Shown: positions 31,070-37,833 of the stretch, in pieces
Layout of the letters: each line of letters opens with the position of its first letter
Numbering within the stretch: the stretch's first letter is position 1
Origin: Paracoccaceae bacterium
GTDB taxonomy: Bacteria; Pseudomonadota; Alphaproteobacteria; Rhodobacterales; Rhodobacteraceae
Direction of reading: 5' to 3'
NCBI GenBank assembly: GCA_965198725.1
Contig: CBDAPX010000001.1
Span: forward strand, 915,966-979,965
DNA length: 64,000 bases
Notes under the pieces: model-generated
Databases searched by the model: none
Told to the model about the DNA's origin: nothing
What the model saw: only the letters and a program-made list of their open reading frames with translations
Made by a program: the position numbers and the translations under genes

Positions 31070-31555
31070 TCAGTGGGGGAAGACCAAAACCCCACATTGT
31101 TGCTTGAATGGTTCCAGCGCCCTAGTGGAGCCGCTGAGGTTGAAGCGGAAGGTGGCCGTGCGATGCGGGACGCGGATGAGCATAGTAGAGGCCCTGCGAA
31201 CTTCATTCATAATTCGTTCACCAATGAATGACCTGAGCGTCATGTCCAAAGGCTCTTGGTTGTCGAATTTCACGGTTACAATAGTGCTGGGTGATAGGCG
31301 CACGCCTGAGACTTGATAGCCATAGTGAAAGCTAACAAGGAGTTCGCCGTTCGGTTTGCAGGTGAGGATCAAGATATCCTCGTCGGATATTCGCCTGTAG
31401 CTTTCTGCCAGAAAGGCGACGCTATATTCGTTCTGTCCACTAATCTCGTCTCGCTGCACTAACGGCATAACGTCTGCAACAGCGGAAACTGTCAGCAGGC
31501 CAGTGATGGCTAAGTATTTGATTGAATGCAAAATAACTGAGGTGCAGCGGCGCAT
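31070..31555 (-). CDS. low-GC secreted hypothetical protein downstream of cI; 3' end runs into IS terminus
   Basis: 161 aa; N-terminal signal-like LAITGLLTVSAVA; hand count about 43-50% GC in 31201-31320; last 5-6 codons + stop lie inside the IS right end. Confidence 0.6.
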   Translation of the reverse strand: MRRCTSVILHSIKYLAITGLLTVSAVADVMPLVQRDEISGQNEYSVAFLAESYRRISDEDILILTCKPNGELLVSFHYGYQVSGVRLSPSTIVTVKFDNQEPLDMTLRSFIGERIMNEVRRASTMLIRVPHRTATFRFNLSGSTRALEPFKQQCGVLVFPH

Positions 31556-31638
31556 GTCAAGGCCCTTTCGTCGGGATTAATGTTCTGCTAATGTTCTCCC
31601 TATGGGAGTGCAAGCAAAAACCATTTCTGATTCGACCA

Positions 31639-31998
31639 TTATTCATGAGCTTCATCAGATTGCTCGCTACTCTTCCGATGCTGAGAGGCTAGAGCGCGTC
31701 CGTAGCCTAATAGCTCACGGCGGAGATCGCCGGGTAATTGCGATACTAGGCGAACAATCTCTAGCTCTTCTTCTGTCTGAGCGCTCGACATGAACTCTTC
31801 AAGAGTTGTGCCCAGGGCGGCGCATATCTTTCTCATGGTGGACGCGCGAGGGCTGCGGGTTTGATCAAACATCTGGCGGATAGCGCTGTTCGATAGCCCT
31901 GCTTTGACGGCCAAGTTTGACACATTGAGGTCAGGATCAGCGTCAATGGCAGCTTTCAGCTTGATCAGGAACGGCTCTGTGATTGGTTTATCATCCAT
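31639..31998 (-). CDS. XRE-family (cI-like) repressor
   Basis: ...NVSNLAVKAGLSNSAIRQMFDQTRSPRASTMRKICAALG HTH_3 pattern; divergent from a cro-like gene. Confidence 0.75.
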   Translation of the reverse strand: MDDKPITEPFLIKLKAAIDADPDLNVSNLAVKAGLSNSAIRQMFDQTRSPRASTMRKICAALGTTLEEFMSSAQTEEELEIVRLVSQLPGDLRRELLGYGRALASQHRKSSEQSDEAHE

Positions 31999-32047
31999 GT
32001 AGTATTATTTACGTATCCGTGAGCCGCACGCATTCGGTTTAAAGTTC

Positions 32048-32077
32048 TTGACCAATATAGTTTTGTAGTTCTATTTC
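32048..32077 (+). promoter_or_regulatory. PR-like rightward promoter/operator
   Basis: TTGACC (32048-32053)-N17-CTATTT; overlaps the 21-mer ATAGTTT-N7-CTATTTC (32057-32077), which also occurs at 29801-29821. Confidence 0.5.
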
Positions 32078-32083
32078 GGGTTT

Positions 32084-32284
32084 ATGGAACAGTTTCTATC
32101 TGATCTTGAAGCATATGCGGCAGCGCTTGGCGTATCCCCCTCAACTGTTATCCAGCGTGCTGGTGTGGGTGGAGGTGCGACATGGCGCAGGTGGCGCGAT
32201 GGCAAGGGCAGTCCCACGCTGGTGACGGTGGACAAGCTCAAAGCCTACATGACCGCGAACCCTCCAATGCAGGAGGCAAGCTGA
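32084..32284 (+). CDS. Cro-like small HTH protein
   Basis: 66 aa; ...AAALGVSPSTVIQRAG... HTH; position divergent from the repressor. Confidence 0.6.
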   Translation: MEQFLSDLEAYAAALGVSPSTVIQRAGVGGGATWRRWRDGKGSPTLVTVDKLKAYMTANPPMQEAS

Positions 32285-32469
32285 TGGCCGATACCCGCAC
32301 CGCCGATCAGAAAACCATCGCTCGCCTGCAATCCGATTTGCGGCGTGTTGGCGATGCGTTTGAGCGCAAGGCTGCAAAGGCAGATCGGTTGGAAAAGGAA
32401 AACGTGGCGCTGCGGATGCGGTTGATCCGGCTGCGGCGTTTCTCTGGTGTTCGCGGGGTGTCAGCATGA
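32284..32469 (+). CDS. hypothetical coiled-coil protein
   Basis: 61 aa from MADTRTADQKTIARLQSDL...; ATG overlaps the cro-like stop (CTGATG). Confidence 0.4.
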   Translation: MADTRTADQKTIARLQSDLRRVGDAFERKAAKADRLEKENVALRMRLIRLRRFSGVRGVSA

Positions 32470-32470
32470 C

Positions 32471-32812
32471 TTATTCTCGCGCCATCAGCTTGTTTGCCAG
32501 ATCAATGCGTGTGCGCAGGTCGCTCAGCGCTTCCAGATCGGCCTCTTTTGCGGTTTCAGGCGAACTATCAGAAAGCGGATTGTTCACCTTTTCAAAGGCC
32601 TCATCCAGTGCCTGCACCACAATGTTACGCACGGCGGGCATGGTATCATCCAGTGCCGTCAGCATCGCCATGAGTGCAATGCGCAGGGCGTCATTCTGGG
32701 CGCGGGCGTCCTGGTATAGCCCTGCCAGGTTCTCAATCTCTTGGTCCAAATCCTCAAAGAACAGCTTGAGCTTTTCGGGGTCGCGGAATTCGTCCAGTTC
32801 ATCGGCCATCAA
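32471..32812 (-). CDS. hypothetical acidic helical protein (opposite strand to early-right operon)
   Basis: 113 aa with natural D/E/L/A composition; the overlapping + strand ORF is Ser/Arg-rich (antisense-like). Confidence 0.5.
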   Translation of the reverse strand: MMADELDEFRDPEKLKLFFEDLDQEIENLAGLYQDARAQNDALRIALMAMLTALDDTMPAVRNIVVQALDEAFEKVNNPLSDSSPETAKEADLEALSDLRTRIDLANKLMARE

Positions 32813-32919
32813 AATCCTCCCTGATGGTTGGTGGCGCGGGGCGGCTCGGTTGGCGCTGATCGTCCCGCATCGCTCTTCTACGGCAAGTCATGCCGGTTTT
32901 ACAGAAAACGAGGTTTCCC

Positions 32920-33393
32920 ATGCCTGATCTGCGGATGATTACGCATCGGGCCATGCGGTCCATTGTCAAGGGGTTCGGCTGCTATGATGCCGTGGCCGAG
33001 GTGCTGAACGCCCGTTGGGGCTGTGGCGCGTCCAAGGGCACGATCAGCAAGAAAATGTCGGGCCAGTTGGATTGGACCCTGCCGGATGTGATCGCCTTGC
33101 AGGACGCGGCGGGGGAATATCCGATCACCCGCCTGCTTGCACGGCAAAAGGAAAGTCACGTTGCGGGCGATATTGCCTGTTTGGTGGTGCAGAGCGGGAT
33201 CATCGCCAAGGAAAGCGGTGAAGCGATCTCGGCCATTCTGGATGCTGAGCATTCATCCTGCGCCGATGATCGCGCCCAGGCCGTGGCCGAGATCGATCAG
33301 GCGATTGCGGCGCTCAAGCTGGCCCGCACAAAGCTGACCGAGGGTCAGAATACTGCACCAACTTTGGTTCCTGTTGAAGGGACGGTTTCATGA
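32920..33393 (+). CDS. phage regulatory protein, CII/CP76-like (tentative)
   Basis: ...AVAEVLNARWGCGASKGTISKKMSGQLDWTLPDVIALQDAAGEYPITRLLA resembles the CII-type HTH regulator family; start 32890, 32920 or 32935. Confidence 0.4.
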   Translation: MPDLRMITHRAMRSIVKGFGCYDAVAEVLNARWGCGASKGTISKKMSGQLDWTLPDVIALQDAAGEYPITRLLARQKESHVAGDIACLVVQSGIIAKESGEAISAILDAEHSSCADDRAQAVAEIDQAIAALKLARTKLTEGQNTAPTLVPVEGTVS

Positions 33394-33430
33394 CTCCTGG
33401 CGTTCAATCACCCACTTTGGAGGACTGCAC

Positions 33431-33685
33431 ATGGCAGACGAAACATGCTTGGGCGACACGCCCTACAAGCTCCCTCAAGGCGTCCAGGATGCCTTGGATT
33501 TTGAACAGCAGGCTTTGGCCGAATACAGGCAGCGTAAGCCGCGCTGCAATGGCGCAGATCGCGCATCCAGTCAGTATTCATGCTGCATGGCAGGGCTTAC
33601 CCCCATGCAGATTGAGGCCGTTAAAGCGCTTATTGCGTCTTTTCCTGCTCAAGACGGTCAACTGCTTGCGCAAGCTCTTCCATAG
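33431..33685 (+). CDS. hypothetical phage protein
   Basis: 84 aa from MADETCLGD... Confidence 0.4.
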   Translation: MADETCLGDTPYKLPQGVQDALDFEQQALAEYRQRKPRCNGADRASSQYSCCMAGLTPMQIEAVKALIASFPAQDGQLLAQALP

Positions 33686-33860
33686 CCTGGAAAATATCAT
33701 CAAAGCCGCTGGCAAAATGGACGGCGCTTTGATCCGCTCTACCGCGCTGCATGTTTTCAAGGGCGCGGCGAATGTTGCCGGCGGTTGCTCGCATCTTGCT
33801 TCGCGCGTTCTGTGTGTTGGTCGATTTTCGGTTTTCCATGGTGCTTTTCTTCCTGAGCAT
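33630..33860 (-). CDS. hypothetical protein (opposite strand)
   Basis: 76-aa ORF, basic N-terminus/helical C-terminus; overlaps the 3' end of the 33431 ORF. Confidence 0.3.
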   Translation of the reverse strand: MLRKKSTMENRKSTNTQNARSKMRATAGNIRRALENMQRGRADQSAVHFASGFDDIFQAMEELAQAVDRLEQEKTQ

Positions 33861-33973
33861 TGTGGGATTGCGCGGCAGGCTGGCGGGCCTGTCGCGCCTC
33901 TTGCCAATCTATGCCGCAAATTGTGGCCGTTTTCAATTCAATCACAAGATATGGTTGTGCGGGGTGGCGTCTG

Positions 33974-34498
33974 ATGGGTGTTGAAATCCGCCTTCCCGAC
34001 GCGCCGGATTGGGGCAATCCGCATCTGGTGAGCTTTGAGCGGGGTGAGTTGCTCTATCGTGATGCCTCTCTAGCCGATGTGATCAGCCATGCGCGGGGGC
34101 GTCTGTGCTATCTGGCCACACCTTATTCTAAGGTCTGCGTCACCGACGATGGCGAGTGGAACCAGGTGGAAAGCCTGTTCTGTTCTGGCCGTGCCGCGCG
34201 ATGGTCGCGGGCTTTGGCCGTTGAGGGGATCACCGCGATCTCGCCCATCATCCAATCCGTTGAGATGGTGCATGTGGATTTTGACGAATGGCTTGATCCG
34301 CTGGATGCCAAGTTCTGGACCGATTGGTGTCAACCGCTACTGAATGCCTGCGGCCCTGTGATCGTGCCGCCGCTGGATGGCTGGCAGGAAAGCCTGGGCG
34401 TTTGGCAAGAGGCGCTGTTCGCGCTGCGCTCTAATCGGTCTGTGTTCCTCATCGATCCAAAAGAGGCTCCGCACCTGGCGTGGTGGTTGGATGAATGA
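33974..34498 (+). CDS. DUF1937 (nucleoside 2-deoxyribosyltransferase-like fold) protein
   Basis: ...RLCYLATPYSKV...GITAISPIIQS... matches the YLA(S/T)PYS...SPI pattern of DUF1937. Confidence 0.55.
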   Translation: MGVEIRLPDAPDWGNPHLVSFERGELLYRDASLADVISHARGRLCYLATPYSKVCVTDDGEWNQVESLFCSGRAARWSRALAVEGITAISPIIQSVEMVHVDFDEWLDPLDAKFWTDWCQPLLNACGPVIVPPLDGWQESLGVWQEALFALRSNRSVFLIDPKEAPHLAWWLDE

Positions 34499-35643
34499 GC
34501 GCGATCTTGCCGGATATTCAGATCGGGCCATGCCGCCTGATCCTGGGGAATTCGATTGAGGTTCTGCCCGAGGTAGGCGGTTTCGATCATCTCATTTCAG
34601 ATCCACCCTATGAGCAGGCGATGCATGACCTGCACAACAAGGCAGAGTTTCGGCGCAAGGACGGCGGGTCAGAGCGCAAGCATTTTGCATTTGCGGGTAT
34701 CGATGATTTGCGGCCTGGCCTGGTTCGATTGGTAGAGCAGCAGTGCAGCGGCTGGTTTCTGGCTTTCTGCACCGCTGAGGGTGTTGGAAACTGGCGAGCG
34801 GCTGTGGCTGAATGCCCTGGCCTCAAATTCAAAACCACCTGTGCATGGGTGAAACCTGATTGCACGCCTAAGCTCAATGGGCAGGGGCCTGCTGTCGGCT
34901 ATGAGCCGTTCATCACGGTTTGGGCCGGAAAGGGTCATGCGCGGTGGAACGCAGGCGGCAAGCGCGGTGTTTATCGGCACTTGGTCAACCCACCGGATCG
35001 GCATGGTGGCCACCCTACCGAAAAGCCTTGGCGGCTATTCTCGGAGCTTCTGACCGATTTTACCAAGCATGGGGAGATCGTTTGCGATCCATTCATGGGC
35101 AGCGGAACCACGTTGGTATCATGCGCAAAGCTCGGGCGCAAAGGCGTCGGGATTGAACTTGATCCTGAGTTCTTTGAGATAGCGTGCAAGCGCGTGTCGG
35201 ACGCCTATCAGCAGGCCGATCTATTCGTGCCCCCCCCGAAAAGCCCGTTCAGGAAGCCATGTCATTCGATGGCAAAAAGGGGGTGGCGTGATGGTTTACA
35301 GCCCCACAGCTTCGCGCAGAATGTCATTGGCTCGCGACTGCCAGCCCTTGCCGGATGCACGCAGGGCCTCAACCAGGTCAGCGTCCAGGCGGATCGAAAC
35401 GGCTTGTTTGGGTGTGTCCAGAGGAGGCCGCCCACGGCGCTTAATCTCCTCTTGGAGTTTACCTGCCAACTCCGGCAGGGCCTCAGTGAATGGCCGTGCG
35501 GTTTCCAGCGCCTCATCGGACAATTCAGGAGCCTCCACGGCGTCCCAATATGTTTTGGTGTATCCATTTTCAGCGGCGTGTTTGGGGTCAAATTCCTTCA
35601 TGGATTTCCCTTTCCTTTTTGCTGGCGGGACGCAGCGAGATAA
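34495..35643 (+). CDS. beta-class N6A/N4C DNA methyltransferase; as-read ORF extended by a C8 tract
   Basis: DPPY (motif IV) then ...CDPFMGSGTT (motif I), PF01555-like order. After C8 (35230-35237) the frame runs antisense through brnA. With 9 C it would end PPEKPVQEAMSFDGKKGVA-TGA at 35291. Confidence 0.8.
   Translation: MSAILPDIQIGPCRLILGNSIEVLPEVGGFDHLISDPPYEQAMHDLHNKAEFRRKDGGSERKHFAFAGIDDLRPGLVRLVEQQCSGWFLAFCTAEGVGNWRAAVAECPGLKFKTTCAWVKPDCTPKLNGQGPAVGYEPFITVWAGKGHARWNAGGKRGVYRHLVNPPDRHGGHPTEKPWRLFSELLTDFTKHGEIVCDPFMGSGTTLVSCAKLGRKGVGIELDPEFFEIACKRVSDAYQQADLFVPPPKSPFRKPCHSMAKRGWRDGLQPHSFAQNVIGSRLPALAGCTQGLNQVSVQADRNGLFGCVQRRPPTALNLLLEFTCQLRQGLSEWPCGFQRLIGQFRSLHGVPICFGVSIFSGVFGVKFLHGFPFPFCWRDAAR
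35296..35601 (-). CDS. brnA: BrnA antitoxin (CopG/RHH-like)
   Basis: 101 aa; ...RGRPPLDTPKQAVSIRLDADLVEALRASGKGWQSRANDILREAV is the BrnA_antitoxin signature. Confidence 0.8.
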   Translation of the reverse strand: MKEFDPKHAAENGYTKTYWDAVEAPELSDEALETARPFTEALPELAGKLQEEIKRRGRPPLDTPKQAVSIRLDADLVEALRASGKGWQSRANDILREAVGL

Positions 35644-35848
35644 CCGAAAGCGCCTCAGTTCCGAGTGTCGCAAAGATTGTTGTAACTGTTCCGTCTGCGA
35701 GCATTCCAATCGCGGCAAGGCGTCCGTCTTTGGCGTCAATGACTGTCGCGCTCAGAAAGAACTCATAGGTCAGATCGGCAAAATCCAGGCCATGCTTGGC
35801 GAGGTTCGCCTGCCGTTTCGGTTCGTCCCATGTGATCAACTTATCCAT
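35588..35848 (-). CDS. brnT: BrnT ribonuclease toxin (DUF497)
   Basis: 86 aa; ITWDEPKRQANLAKHGLDFADL...G....T.IFA......VISLRPASKKERE typical BrnT. Confidence 0.8.
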   Translation of the reverse strand: MDKLITWDEPKRQANLAKHGLDFADLTYEFFLSATVIDAKDGRLAAIGMLADGTVTTIFATLGTEALSVISLRPASKKEREIHEGI

Positions 35849-35850
35849 GT

Positions 35851-35900
35851 TTATTGTATATACGATAAATGTGGGAAACGCAATAGTGTATATACAATAA
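35851..35900 (-). promoter_or_regulatory. inverted repeat upstream of brnT (autoregulatory operator candidate)
   Basis: TTATTGTATATAC (35851-35863) and GTATATACAATAA (35888-35900) are exact reverse complements; AT-rich. Confidence 0.55.
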
Positions 35901-35986
35901 ATAGCAGGGAATTTGGCACTGGTGTGGATCGCCATCCTGCCTTAGCGCCGATTTCAGGCCCTTTTCATGCCGAGGGGGCGTAGGAC

Positions 35987-36370
35987 ATGCTTGATGCTGC
36001 TCCCTCTAATGCCGTGGCACGCCGTAATGAGCCTGAGAAATTTCAGGTCTATGCGGCGTCTGAATTGCTGGCTGCGCCACCTTGGCGCGAGGGCATTTGC
36101 TTTTTGCCAGAATGTTCGCGGCCCTTCACGCCTGCGCGGTCCTGGCAGATGTATTGCTGCACCGCGTGCGAACGGGCGGGCACGGCAGAGATGCGCAAGT
36201 GGGGCCATCGCATGTCGCTGCCTCTGCTGACCTGGCGCATGGGAAAATACGAACAACAAGACACCGGCATTCGTGATCTCACCCGTGCCGCGCGGCGTTA
36301 TGTGACGCACGCGCAATCGGCATGGCTTGAGGATCGCAATCGCCGGTCAAAAACAGCGGAGGCAGAATGA
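35987..36370 (+). CDS. hypothetical protein with zinc-ribbon-like Cys cluster
   Basis: 127 aa; CFLPEC...YCCTAC. Confidence 0.45.
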   Translation: MLDAAPSNAVARRNEPEKFQVYAASELLAAPPWREGICFLPECSRPFTPARSWQMYCCTACERAGTAEMRKWGHRMSLPLLTWRMGKYEQQDTGIRDLTRAARRYVTHAQSAWLEDRNRRSKTAEAE

Positions 36371-36999
36371 TGGGGCAGCGCAAGTATCAGGACATTGAAA
36401 TTCACGGGGTGGTCTATCCCGATGCTAACGCGGCAGCGGCAGCGCTTGGTGTGACCGCTGGGCAGGTTCGCATGGCGGTGCGCAGAGGGCGGCTGGATGG
36501 TCTGGGCACGCGCCCTGCCTTGCGTCCTGTGACCATTCGCGGCGTCACCTATTCCAATTTCAGCGAGGCTGGAAAGGCCCTTGGCGTTCACGCGAACACG
36601 GTGCGGGCGGCGTATCGCAATGGCACATTGCATCGGGTTGGAACGGGCCGCGTTGGTCCCGAACCGATGCGGGTGCGGATCGCAGGGCAAGATTTTGAAG
36701 ATGTGAACGCAGCGGCGGCGCATTTTGGCGTGCAGCCTGGAACGGTCTATTCCGCGATCTGTGATGGTGATCCTGACCGCATTGCGCGGCCTGCGGTCTA
36801 CAATCCGTGGAAGTCCAAAGCCTTCACCATAGGTGGTGTAACCTTCCCTTCCATGCGTGCGGCAAGCCGTGCCTTGGGTTTCAAGGATGAGGAATACATC
36901 GCCAAGGCTTTGAAGCGAGGATCGCGGCGTGGTCGTGAGCGCATCTTGGCGGCGGCGATGAGTTATGTTGCCCAGGACAAGCAAGTGGAGATGGCGTGA
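36367..36999 (+). CDS. DNA-binding protein made of four tandem NUMOD1/HTH-like repeats
   Basis: 4x I.I.G..Y.....AA.ALGV....V..A...G: IEIHGVVYPDANAAAAALGVTAGQVRMAV / VTIRGVTYSNFSEAGKALGVHANTVRAAY / VRIAGQDFEDVNAAAAHFGVQPGTVYSAI / FTIGGVTFPSMRAASRALGFKDEEYIAKAL. Confidence 0.55.
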   Translation: MMGQRKYQDIEIHGVVYPDANAAAAALGVTAGQVRMAVRRGRLDGLGTRPALRPVTIRGVTYSNFSEAGKALGVHANTVRAAYRNGTLHRVGTGRVGPEPMRVRIAGQDFEDVNAAAAHFGVQPGTVYSAICDGDPDRIARPAVYNPWKSKAFTIGGVTFPSMRAASRALGFKDEEYIAKALKRGSRRGRERILAAAMSYVAQDKQVEMA

Positions 37000-37610
37000 T
37001 GGCGGCTCCACAGGTTCAACTGATCGATACGCAAGAACTTGAGCTTTACCCGATCTCAGCCAGTGATCGGCTTGATTCCCATTACTTCCTGCAATGGAAC
37101 CTCAAGCGCTGGCGAGGGAGTGAGTTCCGCAAAACTTGCGATCCTGAGGTGGGCTGGTATGGGTTCCAGCTTTTCTGCATTGCCCAGGATGGCTCGCCTA
37201 TCGGCACGCTACCCTGTGATGACAAGCAGCTTGCGTTTGATCTTAATCTGCCGCTGGAAAAATGGCAGGCGCTGATCCGGCGTGATGTGACGCCGCTGCA
37301 TGGCTGGTATCAGGTGCAGTGTGACAACGGTGAGGTGCGCTATGCGCATCCCGTTGTGACCGAGGTTGCGGTTGAGGCGCTCGGCTCCAAGAAACGCAAC
37401 GCGGCCAAGAACGCTGATGAGCGTATGCGCAAGCGGCTCGGCACGATTGCCCAGAACCTCAAGGTCAACATCCCTGGCGGCGCTCGCATCGCCCAGAATG
37501 AGGAACTGATCAACCGCATCAGCGATTGGATTGAGGACGCCTATCCAGGCGGCAGCGCCACGGTGAAGCGCATCCAGGAGGCGTGGGAGGCTCTTTCACA
37601 GCAGCCCTAG
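36996..37610 (+). CDS. DUF1376 (YdaU-like) replication-associated protein
   Basis: ...HYFLQWNLKRWRGSEF......GWYGFQLFC.....G..G.LP.D...LA DUF1376 pattern. Confidence 0.5.
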   Translation: MMAAPQVQLIDTQELELYPISASDRLDSHYFLQWNLKRWRGSEFRKTCDPEVGWYGFQLFCIAQDGSPIGTLPCDDKQLAFDLNLPLEKWQALIRRDVTPLHGWYQVQCDNGEVRYAHPVVTEVAVEALGSKKRNAAKNADERMRKRLGTIAQNLKVNIPGGARIAQNEELINRISDWIEDAYPGGSATVKRIQEAWEALSQQP

Positions 37611-37631
37611 AAAACCGTGCCAATTCTTCCA

Positions 37632-37690
37632 GCGGAAGTTTTGGAAATTCCTGCGGAGGATTTTGGGAGGATTTGCGGAAGGTTTTGGAA
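37632..37690. repeat. three phased iterons (origin candidate)
   Basis: GCGGAAGTTTTGGAA (37632), GCGGAGGATTTTGGGA (37653), GCGGAAGGTTTTGGAA (37675); 21-22 bp spacing, in a 223-bp gap between genes. Confidence 0.55.
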
Positions 37691-37789
37691 GTTTCATTTC
37701 TGCCGAAAACCGAGCCGCTGAAAGGAAAAGAGAAGAAAATGAAAAAGAAAAGAGAATACCGATCAGCGCCAAAAATCAGGCGGTTTGCC

Positions 37790-37798
37790 TGTGGATAA
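37790..37798 (-). promoter_or_regulatory. consensus DnaA box
   Basis: TGTGGATAA = reverse complement of TTATCCACA; lies 30 bp after a 37-nt purine tract (37720-37757). Confidence 0.5.
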
Positions 37799-37833
37799 CT
37801 TGGGATTTGCTTAGAAAGATTAGGGGGCATGAC

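Larger units (their letters stand above)
29871..31086 (-). mobile_element. IS3-family insertion sequence (IS407/IS2-like group), about 1216 bp
   Basis: Ends TGATCAGCCCCACCTGAGTGGTCC (29871-) vs reverse complement of right end TGGTCTTCCCCCACTGAAGTGGTCC (-31086); orfA/orfB with -1 frame overlap; boundaries +/- a few bp; no target duplication seen. Confidence 0.8.

Noticed and set aside
35292-35643. C-terminal about 117 codons of the as-read methyltransferase ORF
   Set aside because: The sequence is exactly antisense to brnA/brnT, which have strong family signatures. It is most likely not genuine MTase coding sequence (see the C8 tract finding).
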